A DNA stretch of 64,000 bases, from positions 91,387 through 155,386 of the IMG/VR virus record IMGVR_UViG_3300021959_007960; one strand, given 5' to 3'. The notes under the pieces were generated by a model. That model was not told the origin of the DNA. It saw nothing but the letters and a program-made list of their open reading frames with translations, and did not search any database. Below are positions 39,699 to 49,737 of the stretch, piece after piece (position 1 is the first letter of the stretch; each line of letters opens with the position of its first letter). Source of the DNA: a virus. The position numbers were made by a program, and so were the translations under genes.

Positions 39699-40745
39699 CT
39701 ATACACTCTGATCAAAATGTGTTCTATTTACTATATTAAATTCTGCACACTTACTCATATCTTTCAAGCAAGTAGCACCTATATATGCACAACAACTTCT
39801 AAGTCCACCTAAAATATCTTCGATAACTTTATTAACATCTCCCTTGTATGGTATGTTTTTAATTCTGCCTTCACTTGCTCTATAGTCTTTTACCCCGCCG
39901 TATTTTTGTTGTGCCTCATAAGATGACATGCCATAAAATTGTAAAGATAGTTTCTTACCGTATTTCATTTCCCAAGTACCTTCGCATTGTTCTGTTCCTG
40001 CAAGCATACCTCCAAGCATTACAAAATCAGCACCAGCAGCAAATGCTTTACATACATCGGCAGGATTTCTACAACCACCATCGGCACAAATTAGTCCTAA
40101 TTTACCTTTTCCATTTTTCAATCCATGTGCAGCATGTGAACATTCTATAATAGTAGATAATTGAGGATAACCTATACCTGTTTTAAGTCTAGTAGTACAC
40201 GCACTTCCCGGCCCAATACCTACCTTAACAATATCAACACCTCCATGCAGAATGATTTCTTGTACCATTTCTGGAGTACATACATTACCTGCCATAATAA
40301 TTGGAGAATCACCAAAGTCTTTTCTCATTCTTGAGCAGAAATTGACAAAATCATCCGTATAGCCATTAGCCACATCAATACAAATATTAGGAACTCTATT
40401 AGTTTTATCTTGGTATCGTTGTATTCTTTCATAATCTTTATCTTTTATACCTATACTTAACCATTGGTATATATCATTTGTAATAACATCTACATATTGA
40501 TGATCTTGATAGTGTTTATGTAGACAAGTAGGCATGTTATGTTTTTGCAAAGCATTAGACATACTGACTGTACCAGTAGTATCCATATTTGCTGCAAAAA
40601 CAGGTACACCTTTCCATTCTTTTGATGAATGATAAAAAATATAATTTCTTTGTAAATTAACAGACGATCTGGAGGCAGTTTTACTTCTGTGAGGAACTAA
40701 TAAAACATCATCAAAATCTAATTTAGGATCAGTATTTACTTTCAT
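39699..40745 (-). CDS. guaC: GMP reductase
   Basis: LDFDDVLL.P, AANMDTTGT, LHKHY, IDVANGY, KVGIGPGSACTTR, GYPQLS, YRASEG. Confidence 0.95.
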   Translation of the reverse strand: MKVNTDPKLDFDDVLLVPHRSKTASRSSVNLQRNYIFYHSSKEWKGVPVFAANMDTTGTVSMSNALQKHNMPTCLHKHYQDHQYVDVITNDIYQWLSIGIKDKDYERIQRYQDKTNRVPNICIDVANGYTDDFVNFCSRMRKDFGDSPIIMAGNVCTPEMVQEIILHGGVDIVKVGIGPGSACTTRLKTGIGYPQLSTIIECSHAAHGLKNGKGKLGLICADGGCRNPADVCKAFAAGADFVMLGGMLAGTEQCEGTWEMKYGKKLSLQFYGMSSYEAQQKYGGVKDYRASEGRIKNIPYKGDVNKVIEDILGGLRSCCAYIGATCLKDMSKCAEFNIVNRTHFDQSV

Positions 40746-41227
40746 AGGTATTGTATTCCTAAGTCTCTTTTACATAGTGTATTGTCGTTTCTATAACAAC
40801 ATTTATCTTTCAAAAAGACATAAACTCCCACGCAAATTGAGTTAGGCGATTCATCTCTTACTGTTTTTAATATATGCTTAACCGTACTACCACTACAAAT
40901 TAAATCATCTACGATAATGTACTTCTCTGGAATAACCCCTTCGTATAAAAATGGGGAATATTTACTTTCGTATTTTTTTCTAATAATTAATATATTTTTA
41001 ACTAGAGCCTCTGCTATTTGTGGAACAACTAATAGTCCGCTTGTTCCACAACATGCTATAGTGTCAAATGTTTCATGTGTATTTTTTAAATTAATAGTTG
41101 CCTGTTTTATAAATGAATTTCTTTTTTTGTGATTTAATAAAACAGTGGTATGTTCACAACCTTGCATCCATTTACCATCTGCTGTTCTTCGATGAAGTAA
41201 ATTATCAATATCTGAAATCATATACAA
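40742..41227 (-). CDS. Type I phosphoribosyltransferase
   Basis: GTSG, IIRK, PRPP loop YIIVDDLICSGST. Confidence 0.85.
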   Translation of the reverse strand: MYMISDIDNLLHRRTADGKWMQGCEHTTVLLNHKKRNSFIKQATINLKNTHETFDTIACCGTSGLLVVPQIAEALVKNILIIRKKYESKYSPFLYEGVIPEKYIIVDDLICSGSTVKHILKTVRDESPNSICVGVYVFLKDKCCYRNDNTLCKRDLGIQYL

Positions 41228-41237
41228 ATCTCACTAT

Positions 41238-41273
41238 AAAAAATACGGGACTAGAACGCATCCTAGTCCCGTA
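41238..41273 (-). terminator. Intrinsic terminator
   Basis: TACGGGACTAG/CTAGTCCCGTA stem followed by T6 on the minus strand. Confidence 0.8.
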
Positions 41274-41282
41274 ATTAACAAG

Positions 41283-41513
41283 TTAAGAACTAACAGTCCT
41301 ACGGCGACTCTTCTTTGATGCAACAGCACCATAGCGAGTTTCGCCATGACGACCAGTGCTACGAACAACAGTGAGTCCATGAGCCTTTAAGGTTGGCTTT
41401 ACATCACTGATTGTAGCGCGAAGGTTTCCTACCTCAAACATGCTGTATGCACTGTCTTGACTAAGAGTTCTACCCTTACGCAAATAATTAATCACACGAT
41501 CTTGCTTTGTCAT
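41283..41513 (-). CDS. Small basic HTH-like DNA-binding protein
   Basis: VINYLRKGRTLSQDSAYSMFEVGNLRATISDVK. Confidence 0.6.
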   Translation of the reverse strand: MTKQDRVINYLRKGRTLSQDSAYSMFEVGNLRATISDVKPTLKAHGLTVVRSTGRHGETRYGAVASKKSRRRTVSS

Positions 41514-41587
41514 TAAACACCTCACAAATGTGGCATACTGAAATATATAAGACTTTTATAGCCACAACATAAAAGACTTATAATGAT

Positions 41588-41992
41588 TTATCTTTTTACT
41601 GTCTTAGGTTTTATTTTGGCTAGACGATGTTTAGTCCTGTGAATCTTTGTCAATGGTTCAACATCATCTTCACCCATCCAAATATGACAGAAACCACCTT
41701 CTTTTGCTCCATAAGCTATAATACCATTCTTATCAGTATCTATAACAGTAAACTTTCCTCTACAGCCCATAGGAATATATTCTCCGTCTACTACAGAGTA
41801 CGGGCCTCCAGTAGCTTTAATTTTATCGCCTTTCTGTAATTCCCGCCAATCAAACTTTCTAACTAAACGAGTAGTTCTCTTTTCTTTGCTCTTTGGTGCA
41901 AACATAAATGGATGGTGACACTCTGGACACATATATGCTCTTGGCCCACATTGACAACCACACTTTTCGCAAGTTTTTTTACCTTTAGGCAT
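41588..41992 (-). CDS. Zn-ribbon-containing protein
   Basis: CEKCG....RAYMCPECHHPF. Confidence 0.7.
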   Translation of the reverse strand: MPKGKKTCEKCGCQCGPRAYMCPECHHPFMFAPKSKEKRTTRLVRKFDWRELQKGDKIKATGGPYSVVDGEYIPMGCRGKFTVIDTDKNGIIAYGAKEGGFCHIWMGEDDVEPLTKIHRTKHRLAKIKPKTVKR

Positions 41993-42069
41993 CGTATCTC
42001 CTGTGTAAGAACCAAATTGTTTTATCTATTATACTATAGTTATCGGCGTTTGTCAAGTAAATTCTTAAA

Positions 42070-42987
42070 TTATTTTCTGGCATTGTCATAATTTTTAACA
42101 AACCAATCCATAGTATCTCTCAAGCCAATATGTATTGGTGTGAATTTAAAGTCGTCAATATATCTTTTGAGTCTTTCATTATCTACTGTTTTTTTATATT
42201 GACCATCAGGCAAATTACTATTGAATCCAGTTCTATCAAATACATCAAAATATTCAGCAATAATTTTTGTCACATCAAATATACTATGTTCTGTTTCTTC
42301 TGCAAGAGTCATTGGAGATACCCAATCGTATTGATGATTATCTAATTTAAAAATCAAATGTGCCAAGTCCGCTGAATACATAAATTGCCTTAATGGAAAC
42401 CCACTTCCTGCAACAGTAAAATCAGTACCATCTCTTTTTGCTATATATGCTTTATGAATTAAAGCAGGGATTACATGGGCATCTTCTAAGTTAAAGTTAT
42501 CGTATGGGCCATAAACATTTGTTGGAATAATACATTTATAGTTATAATCATATTGCTTATTGATGGCTCTACAATGTACATCAAGCATTCTTTTTGCATA
42601 GGAATATCCAAAATTAGATTTATGAGGCTCCCCATCATACAACATATTTTCATGTATAGGATATTTAGTATTTGCCGGAAAAACACAAGTAGATAAACAA
42701 CCTATAAATTTTTTAACATTGTTTTTGTAGCAAGCATTAACTATATTAGTATTTATAAATATATTATCACTAAACATATCTACGTTATTATTCAAGTTTT
42801 TAAACAAACCACCAACTTTTGATGCTAAATGAATAACAGATTTTGGTTTATGTGTAGATATTAAGTCTAAAGTTTGTTCTGTATTGGTTAAATCTGCGTC
42901 TGATGAAGATACGCAAATTGCATTTGGATAGAACTTCCGTAACGCAGAGCCGATAAGTCCTGTGCTTCCTGTAATTAAAGTGTCCAT
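42070..42987 (-). CDS. fcl: GDP-L-fucose synthase
   Basis: GSTGLIG, HLASKVGGL, CLSTCVFP, GYSYAKR, PTNVYGPYDNF, HVIPALIHK. Confidence 0.92.
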   Translation of the reverse strand: MDTLITGSTGLIGSALRKFYPNAICVSSSDADLTNTEQTLDLISTHKPKSVIHLASKVGGLFKNLNNNVDMFSDNIFINTNIVNACYKNNVKKFIGCLSTCVFPANTKYPIHENMLYDGEPHKSNFGYSYAKRMLDVHCRAINKQYDYNYKCIIPTNVYGPYDNFNLEDAHVIPALIHKAYIAKRDGTDFTVAGSGFPLRQFMYSADLAHLIFKLDNHQYDWVSPMTLAEETEHSIFDVTKIIAEYFDVFDRTGFNSNLPDGQYKKTVDNERLKRYIDDFKFTPIHIGLRDTMDWFVKNYDNARK

Positions 42988-43004
42988 AACAATCTATTAA
43001 GTGA

Positions 43005-43205
43005 TTATCCTTCTTTGTCTAATGCCTTGTGTATTTTGTCTAATCTTTCTTGGTAAAGTTTTCTGCTTTCTTTTTGATCCTCAATAAATTTTAAGAAAGA
43101 TTTTTCTGCACTTTCAAGAGGATACTTTTTAACTTCCTCATCATTTTCAGTATGTGGTAATCCTGTGGACATAGAATATCTTGTTGGTTCTTTTTTATTA
43201 GTCAT
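43005..43205 (-). CDS. Hypothetical protein
   Basis: 66 aa ORF in operon context. Confidence 0.55.
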   Translation of the reverse strand: MTNKKEPTRYSMSTGLPHTENDEEVKKYPLESAEKSFLKFIEDQKESRKLYQERLDKIHKALDKEG

Positions 43206-43214
43206 AATAACACC

Positions 43215-43361
43215 CTATTTAGAAGCTAGTAAATATAAACCAATATTAGAAAAAGCATATCCAAAATAGGCAATACCCATACCGGGATTACCTTTCCATA
43301 ATTGCTCAATACTTACATACAAGTAAATTAAGCCAGTAAGTACAATTAACCATCCACTCAT
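43215..43361 (-). CDS. Small membrane protein
   Basis: Not in the track; MSGWLIVLTGLIYLYVSIEQLWKGNPGMGIAYFGYAFSNIGLYLLASK; ATGA overlap with uvsE. Confidence 0.7.
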   Translation of the reverse strand: MSGWLIVLTGLIYLYVSIEQLWKGNPGMGIAYFGYAFSNIGLYLLASK

Positions 43362-44266
43362 ATAGATACACCTTCCAGAAATTTAGCGATTGCTCTATCT
43401 TTCATTTTTAATTCCATGTCTACGTCATAGTCTAAATCGTCGTAAGTATAAAAATCACTTTCTGCATAGTCTGCATGTTTGCGAGGATTATTCCCCGGTG
43501 CAGATTCGCTGTAGTGAAATAAAGGTTTAACACGACCCCATGTTAGACAACAGAATCTAATAGCTTGATGTTCTGTCCATCCGTCAGGATGACATTTGTG
43601 ATGCAGGTAATCGAATGTAATGGGTATTTTTGTCTTAGGATAAAAGTCTGTAATAAGTTGTTTTACAGACCAACAATTAAGTTTATCATCGTTTTCAATA
43701 ACAATACGATTACGACAATTATCGTCAAGTCTATTAAAATTCTGTATAAATCTATCCACAACCTCATCGTTACTTCCCTGTCGATTATTGATGTGTAAAT
43801 TCATCGGACAATTATAATCAGCAGGACAACCTAGCATGTCAAGGAAGTCTGAGTAAAAATTTAGTTCTCTAACGGTTCTGTCAACAGCATCGGTATTAGT
43901 AGACGCAAGGACATTAAACTCGCTAGGATGACAGGAAATACGAATACCTGTATCTTGTATGGTCTGCTTGATTGACTCTATTTCTTCCAAGATGTCAGTA
44001 TATTGAGGCAGGTCAGATAGAATAACATCGGCAGCAAGATAAGTAATAAGAGGAAATAAATCACTACTGATCCTATAAGTATAATCGTTTTCTGCACAGT
44101 AGGAGATATGAGCATGAGTCACCTGCATATTGTTGAGTATACGAGAACCTAGAATTTCTAATGCTTCGTCGCGTGGAAGTGAAGAGAAACGCTTGTAGGT
44201 CATAGTTTGAAAGCTATAGCCTGCTTCTTTGAGGTCGATAGATATACAGCATAGTCCGAATCGCAT
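43358..44266 (-). CDS. uvsE: UV damage endonuclease
   Basis: RFGLCCIS, YRISSDLFP, RISCHPSEF, LH, IENDD, FDYLHH, HYSES, HADY, ELKMKD. Confidence 0.95.
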   Translation of the reverse strand: MRFGLCCISIDLKEAGYSFQTMTYKRFSSLPRDEALEILGSRILNNMQVTHAHISYCAENDYTYRISSDLFPLITYLAADVILSDLPQYTDILEEIESIKQTIQDTGIRISCHPSEFNVLASTNTDAVDRTVRELNFYSDFLDMLGCPADYNCPMNLHINNRQGSNDEVVDRFIQNFNRLDDNCRNRIVIENDDKLNCWSVKQLITDFYPKTKIPITFDYLHHKCHPDGWTEHQAIRFCCLTWGRVKPLFHYSESAPGNNPRKHADYAESDFYTYDDLDYDVDMELKMKDRAIAKFLEGVSI

Positions 44267-44290
44267 AATTTTTCTCCAATGTTTTTCTTT

Positions 44291-44318
44291 ATTATACATC
44301 GGCAATATCTATTGTCAA
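44291..44318 (-). promoter_or_regulatory. Sigma-70 promoter for uvsE
   Basis: TTGACA-N16-TATAAT with GCCGAT in the spacer. Confidence 0.7.
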
Positions 44319-44986
44319 CTCCAATCTTTTTCAAGTCCACCCAAGGAGTGTGATACTAAAGGAAATTCTTTACAAAAAATCTTTTTGCAACTTTTTGCAA
44401 TTTGCATGTGTTCTTTTTGTGTGCCATTTTTTTCTCTTAAACCAATGTAATGAATCCAATTACGAATACTTCCACTCATATAAATTCTAGTAGGAGTTGC
44501 TAGTGGTAATATAAATCTAGCACATTCTTTTGCAATACCGTCTTTTAACATAAGATCGTATAAATATTTACCTCTAGCAAAATGTTCCGCTATCAAACCT
44601 TCCCATACTTTTCTTTTATAACCATCAATATTGTCTATACTATTTTGTCTATTTTTATGATCTTGGCTTCTTAAATCTGGGATAGGAATACTATCATCCA
44701 ATAAACTAGCGTCTGCATAACGCTGGCTAAATTCTTGAAAAGTAAAACTTCTGTGCCTTAATATTTGTGCTGCTATACCTCTATTGGTATTAATCTCAAG
44801 AGTCATAAATGCCATTTCAAATATAGACCAATGTTTATGCTTAATACAATAATTAAGTAAACCAGAAATATCTGTGCTATCTTGATTGTTTGGGTTGGAC
44901 ACTCTAGCACAATAAGCTATATTTTTTTCTGCTTGTGGAGTTAAGCTGACAAGTGTGGCATAGTGAATTTTACTCTGTTGTTTCAT
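44315..44986 (-). CDS. thyX: Flavin-dependent thymidylate synthase
   Basis: ARVSNP, HWSIFE, QILRHRSFTFQEFSQRY, ECARFILP, TQKEH. Confidence 0.97.
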   Translation of the reverse strand: MKQQSKIHYATLVSLTPQAEKNIAYCARVSNPNNQDSTDISGLLNYCIKHKHWSIFEMAFMTLEINTNRGIAAQILRHRSFTFQEFSQRYADASLLDDSIPIPDLRSQDHKNRQNSIDNIDGYKRKVWEGLIAEHFARGKYLYDLMLKDGIAKECARFILPLATPTRIYMSGSIRNWIHYIGLREKNGTQKEHMQIAKSCKKIFCKEFPLVSHSLGGLEKDWS

Positions 44987-45149
44987 TATCTTTATTCCAC
45001 CATTTCATTATTCTTTTCCAGATAGGAGTAAAGAAATACAAAGCAATATAACTAACTATAGCTTCTATTACTTTAGCTATAATAGTATTTAAAGTAATGG
45101 ATTGTTTAATTACTTTGTCTTCATCTTCATCTTTTAGATCATCCATTAT

Positions 45150-45419
45150 TTATAATCCCTGATCAAAGTATACATCGTCTTGTATTTTATCGGCTAATTC
45201 TTGTTTTACTTTTTGTTGATATTCTACATGCTTGTTGTCTGTTAGATGATTAAAAATATCTGTAGCAACTTGACTTAAACTATTTGTAATACCTGATACA
45301 GAACTGTCTGACTTTAAATGCCATTCATAATGATACGGGTTATTTTCATTTCCAGATTTATCTCTGGAGACAACATAACCTTTTTCTTTAGCCCAAGATT
45401 TTATGACTGTCCATTTCAC
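45150..45419 (-). CDS. Hypothetical protein
   Basis: 89 aa ORF, overlaps neighbour. Confidence 0.6.
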   Translation of the reverse strand: MKWTVIKSWAKEKGYVVSRDKSGNENNPYHYEWHLKSDSSVSGITNSLSQVATDIFNHLTDNKHVEYQQKVKQELADKIQDDVYFDQGL

Positions 45420-45703
45420 TTTTTATAACTCCTAGTTTCAGGATCATACTCCCGCATATCCTTGTCATATCTTTTCCATGCTTCCATGTGTTTAACTGCA
45501 ATCATTTGCTTTTCTTGCCTCATTTGTTGCAGCCTTTGATGTTCTATTAATCTGTATAGATCATCTATATGTCCTCTAATTTCATGGCAATTACCCATAC
45601 CATCAAGAACTTGAGATATATGCTTTTTAATATCTGGTTGAATACAAGCATACTTTAAAGGCAGCTTGTCTGTCTTACTCATTTGCTTATACTCTTCAGA
45701 CAT
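45416..45703 (-). CDS. Hypothetical protein
   Basis: ORF in operon context. Confidence 0.6.
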   Translation of the reverse strand: MSEEYKQMSKTDKLPLKYACIQPDIKKHISQVLDGMGNCHEIRGHIDDLYRLIEHQRLQQMRQEKQMIAVKHMEAWKRYDKDMREYDPETRSYKK

Positions 45704-45926
45704 ATTGCTGTAGCCTTTGATGAGATTGTAATGCACTCTCTAGGTTAGAAATTAATTTAAATAACTCCATGCTTTGAGTGTTACTAACATCTTCAATATT
45801 GTCTAGTTGTTCTATCATATATCTAAGAATATTATTATATCCTGCTGTATCTACGCAGTCTCTTATGTGTTTTTTTACTTCAAGATATTCTAAATCTTCT
45901 TTATCTTTTTTAGATAGCCTAGACAT
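45696..45926 (-). CDS. Hypothetical protein
   Basis: ORF in operon context. Confidence 0.6.
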   Translation of the reverse strand: MSRLSKKDKEDLEYLEVKKHIRDCVDTAGYNNILRYMIEQLDNIEDVSNTQSMELFKLISNLESALQSHQRLQQYV

Positions 45927-46257
45927 AAACCTTCTTTCCCTTATAAAGATAACCCCCGTTAGGCTCACACACTTCTAATATGCGGTCAAAATCTCTGAAC
46001 AAATTATATCTAGCATCTTTTGCTGGAGCATTCCAAGTTGCTGCCTTGTAAATATCTAGGGTTTCATTTTCAAGAAATGCGTGAACACTATTGTTACCAT
46101 GAGTAGTCTGAATAATTTTAGTGTACTTCTTATTAATCTTAAACCAAAAGTATGTGGTCTTTTGATTCTTAGAGTATGCACCATTCTCTCTAGCAAATGC
46201 CTTATGCTCTAATATTTCACACCATTCTTCTACAAAATTAATATACTGATCAATCAT
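45919..46257 (-). CDS. Conserved phage protein
   Basis: KKYTKI, SVHAF, IYKAATWNAPAKDARYNL, GGYLY. Confidence 0.7.
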   Translation of the reverse strand: MIDQYINFVEEWCEILEHKAFARENGAYSKNQKTTYFWFKINKKYTKIIQTTHGNNSVHAFLENETLDIYKAATWNAPAKDARYNLFRDFDRILEVCEPNGGYLYKGKKVYV

Positions 46258-46446
46258 TCTTTTCTCCAATTTTTTATGTAAAGTTTAAATCTTTTAAGTA
46301 TCATTCCAACTCACTAATATTTTTTGCTTCTGGATGAGAATCGTTATTACCGTTCCCACACTTAGCATCTGAGTTGGTCGCGTTGAAACATACTAAAATA
46401 AATTGAACTTACACCCTATTATATCATTAAAAACCAATAAGTCAAG

Positions 46447-46665
46447 TCAAGCTAAAATTTCTAATTTGTCGCCATTTACTTTTGCAAAGTAGCTGAGTGT
46501 GATTCTCTTTTTTTCTAAGTCTCTAAATTCATCGTATATTTTTGTATAAACATTAATCCTATACTTATTATCATATACATTAATAGCTTTGCACATTTCA
46601 AAATTATCTGGTTTTTTAATTTGTTTGAAAAGCAAATCACATACATCTACTACTGTCATAATCAA
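46447..46665 (-). CDS. Hypothetical protein
   Basis: NVYDNKYRINVY motif; AGGAG RBS. Confidence 0.65.
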   Translation of the reverse strand: MIMTVVDVCDLLFKQIKKPDNFEMCKAINVYDNKYRINVYTKIYDEFRDLEKKRITLSYFAKVNGDKLEILA

Positions 46666-46683
46666 TCTCCTTATTTAAAAAGA

Positions 46684-46968
46684 CTATCTAACAATCCAAA
46701 AAGGCTGATAATACCAACGCACTTGTGGCTGGTAGGTAACATATCTTTCTCTTCTTAAAAACCAACAACGTCTTTCCGTAACCACTGGTAAATTATAATA
46801 GTATGGAACTAAACCATAGGTAAGAGTTGGTCTTGGATAAGTCGTAATAATTTCTTGCGGATAGACAACCCTCGGAACCGCTGGTATAGGGGCAGGACTT
46901 GCTACCCATTCATCAGTATATCCTATAGATGCCCACAACGCAATAGCTAAAAATAAAAATGTCCTCAT
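46684..46968 (-). CDS. Small secreted Pro/Tyr-rich protein
   Basis: Signal peptide; low-complexity P/Y/V/R sequence. Confidence 0.65.
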   Translation of the reverse strand: MRTFLFLAIALWASIGYTDEWVASPAPIPAVPRVVYPQEIITTYPRPTLTYGLVPYYYNLPVVTERRCWFLRRERYVTYQPQVRWYYQPFWIVR

Positions 46969-46985
46969 AACATTCCTCTTTCTTT

Positions 46986-47498
46986 TTAAAATTTAATATG
47001 ATTACTTTGTATGCCCTTCATCTCGTCCATGAGTCTCCAAGCCCTATCTGTTTCTCGGCTATTTAATGAACCTTCTTCAATATACTTTTTCATTTCTTCT
47101 ACATCCCAAGGATCAAAAGCCTCATCTTCATAATAGTATTCCCAAGGTTTCCATCTAACTCTAATGTTCTGTATTTCAGTTTTTCTATTACCATTTTTAT
47201 CTGCATAGGAAAACTTAACCCAATACCATTCTTCTGCTGCCATCGCCTCTTCAATGATTTCTACATCTTGGTATTTACCCATTACTCCGAATATTTTCAA
47301 TCTACCTTGACCATAAAGCCAATTTAGAACACCCTCATCTTCAAAATCAATCGGGTAAAATGTATTATAAAAAGAAGTTTGAATAATAGGATATTTCCAT
47401 CCCACCCATTCTGCATTAACAATAAATCCTATAGATATTCCTACAAACAACAATAAAAATTGATAAAATAAAGTTCTGCAAACGGTTATAAGTATCAT
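46986..47498 (-). CDS. Membrane-anchored hypothetical protein
   Basis: N-terminal TM segment. Confidence 0.65.
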   Translation of the reverse strand: MILITVCRTLFYQFLLLFVGISIGFIVNAEWVGWKYPIIQTSFYNTFYPIDFEDEGVLNWLYGQGRLKIFGVMGKYQDVEIIEEAMAAEEWYWVKFSYADKNGNRKTEIQNIRVRWKPWEYYYEDEAFDPWDVEEMKKYIEEGSLNSRETDRAWRLMDEMKGIQSNHIKF

Positions 47499-47560
47499 TA
47501 TAAGACCTGCATTTTTAAGGTAGGATAATATGGGTATGATACTTATTTTACACCTTTAAT

Positions 47561-47812
47561 TCATGTTTTCTTTTTTTTGTATTTACTCTTCAGTAGATCA
47601 GCTATTTGACCGGCAGTGAAAGGAACGGTATGACCTCCCCAATAATACCCATTGATTAAGTCTACAATCTTACCAGCCATAGGAGAATCTGTAAAAAGTT
47701 TAGCTATTCTTGGTTTATATTCAGATATAATGTAACTATAAACATCCATATAAAAACAATGTTGCATCGCCCTTATTTTAGCTTCATGTATTTCTTTCTC
47801 TCTTTTCCTCAT
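47561..47812 (-). CDS. Hypothetical protein (possible paralog of 47809-48003)
   Basis: VYSYI...IVDLI...V..TA.QI pattern. Confidence 0.6.
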   Translation of the reverse strand: MRKREKEIHEAKIRAMQHCFYMDVYSYIISEYKPRIAKLFTDSPMAGKIVDLINGYYWGGHTVPFTAGQIADLLKSKYKKKKT

Positions 47813-48003
47813 GGATTAAGCCTCAACATAGCTATAATTTTATTAGCAGTTCTATCAACAGCATAATTATTCTTTAAAGAACTAGAGATTAATCTATCCA
47901 CAATATCGCTATGCTTTTTATATTTAATTTTTCTAAGAAGTCCTTTACTGTATGTGTTTTCAATATAAGCAAAAACTTCAGAAATAAAATTAGCAGTTTC
48001 CAT
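47809..48003 (-). CDS. Hypothetical protein (possible paralog of 47561-47812)
   Basis: VFAYI...IVDRLI...V..TANKI pattern. Confidence 0.6.
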   Translation of the reverse strand: METANFISEVFAYIENTYSKGLLRKIKYKKHSDIVDRLISSSLKNNYAVDRTANKIIAMLRLNP

Positions 48004-48175
48004 TATTCATCAGCCTCCTTAGTAAATCTATAGTATAATCTTTCTACTTCTTTTAAATTATAAGAATAAGGAGCAACATTATCTCCATTCTTATTGTTCC
48101 ACCTCATGTCTTCATGCAGGGAATCTAGTGCATCAAGAACAATATCCATATCATTTTCTTCAATAAGATATTTCA

Positions 48176-48463
48176 TTAAATCTTATCCCTTAGCAAGTCT
48201 TGCAGAAATTCTTGAGCAACATGGTCTGGGTCTTCTTCTACATTTATATCACACACATCTAATTCTCCATCAAAACTATTAGTATATGCTACCCCTAAAT
48301 CTTCTAAGATATATTCTTCACGCTCATCCTCGTCTAACTGAAGATATTCTGCGCCTGTAATAATAATCATTTGAGATTCTCTTACTGGCCCAATATATTG
48401 AAATCTAATACTATCAGGGTCAGCTTCGATCCAACCATTAAACCCAATAACAATTTTGCTCAT
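48176..48463 (-). CDS. Hypothetical acidic protein
   Basis: AAGGA RBS, 95 aa. Confidence 0.6.
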   Translation of the reverse strand: MSKIVIGFNGWIEADPDSIRFQYIGPVRESQMIIITGAEYLQLDEDEREEYILEDLGVAYTNSFDGELDVCDINVEEDPDHVAQEFLQDLLRDKI

Positions 48464-48574
48464 GTCAATCCTTTTCTATCTTTTATGCCACTCTATGTAA
48501 GACGCTACAAAAAACCATACTGTTGCAAGCACGAACATGATGTGCAGTATTGTTCCTAGTGTTTCCATAATCAT

Positions 48575-48614
48575 AGTATACCATAGTTATCGGCATTGTC
48601 AAGTGCAAACTTTA
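48575..48614 (-). promoter_or_regulatory. Interleaved sigma-70 and sigma-28-type promoter
   Basis: TAAAGTTT-N12-GCCGATAA (both FliA octamers exact) overlapping TTGACA-N16-TATACT. Confidence 0.8.
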
Positions 48615-49094
48615 ATAAGAATGAACAGTCCAAGTTGTTTCGTGAATACTGTCCATACCTAATGTTTCAGCAACTTTTTTACCTTCATCAGTCATTATTG
48701 TTTCAAACAAACCATAAGGCTCAAACATAATGTATAAAACATCTATCATTATATCATAGCCTGATTCTCTGCAACTATCAAATTGTCTAAGTGTCCAGTT
48801 AGGAAGGTCTTGAAGAGAAATGCCTCCATGTTCGCAAAATGTATTTATCATAAACTGATTACGTTCTTCATCGCTTTCATAGCCTGCTACTATACTAATA
48901 GCATCAATAAAAACTTCAATAAATCCACTCTTGCTCTTTACCATTATTTTAAATGATTCATCATTAATTATTTCTTCCTGATAGAATATGTTAGCAATTA
49001 TTTCTCTTGTTGCCTTCTTTTTAATCGTAACTATATTTATAAAATCTAGCAACTGAACAGCAATAGCACTTTCTGTAAAAATATCACTTCCCAT
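48612..49094 (-). CDS. Hypothetical protein
   Basis: 160 aa ORF. Confidence 0.65.
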   Translation of the reverse strand: MGSDIFTESAIAVQLLDFINIVTIKKKATREIIANIFYQEEIINDESFKIMVKSKSGFIEVFIDAISIVAGYESDEERNQFMINTFCEHGGISLQDLPNWTLRQFDSCRESGYDIMIDVLYIMFEPYGLFETIMTDEGKKVAETLGMDSIHETTWTVHSY

Positions 49095-49110
49095 TATTCA
49101 TACCATCCTT

Positions 49111-49737
49111 TTAATATATTTGTAACATACTATAATTTATTGGATCAAAATCAGGAAACAATAATTCATTTTTATTATATTTTAAATTATTAATAACATT
49201 TTGTATATTGCTGTATTTAATATTTGAAGTATTTAATAATTTAATATTTGAAGTATTTAATACTATCGAAGGAATCTCTTTATCAACTTTTAAAAATTTT
49301 AATGTTGTTTTTTGCCAAACAGGATTTTCTATATTACACACTAATAACTGAGATGGTTTATCTTTAAAAAAATCTAATACGCTGTGATGATGTTGTCTTC
49401 TTTTATCAATCCATGATAAAGCCAATTTTTCACTCGCTGGATATGCCCAATTAACTTTCTGTCTTTTTCTTTTGCTCTCAACAATACCATGTTTAAATCT
49501 CGAAAAAATCCAATCTTGCAAAGGTCTTGTATTTAATAAAAATAAAGCATCTGGATAATGATTATAATATTCTTTAAATTTATTAACATGATTACCATCG
49601 TTAAAGGCATCAAATTTTTTAGCAAGGTCTAAAGGAGATTTTGTGCTATGTACAGAATTAATACCACATGCTTTTAATAAATTGTGAGTGCTGAATGTAG
49701 CAGTTTTATTCATACTAAGATTAAATATTTTATTCAT
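49111..49737 (-). CDS. Sulfotransferase-like protein
   Basis: LSMNKTATFS, YPDALFLLNTR...WIFSR, FFKDKPSQLL. Confidence 0.7.
   Translation of the reverse strand: MNKIFNLSMNKTATFSTHNLLKACGINSVHSTKSPLDLAKKFDAFNDGNHVNKFKEYYNHYPDALFLLNTRPLQDWIFSRFKHGIVESKRKRQKVNWAYPASEKLALSWIDKRRQHHHSVLDFFKDKPSQLLVCNIENPVWQKTTLKFLKVDKEIPSIVLNTSNIKLLNTSNIKYSNIQNVINNLKYNKNELLFPDFDPINYSMLQIY
49215..49262. repeat. 24-bp in-frame tandem duplication
   Basis: ATTTAATATTTGAAGTATTTAATA x2 (LNTSNIK twice). Confidence 0.9.

Noticed and set aside
41546-41582. Inverted repeat TATAAGACTTTTAT/ATAAAAGACTTATA
   Set aside because: A single AT-rich hairpin with no other copies seen; function cannot be supported
46306-46377. Cobalamin or c-di-GMP riboswitch
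   Set aside because: Only a GGGAA fragment matches; the core motifs are absent
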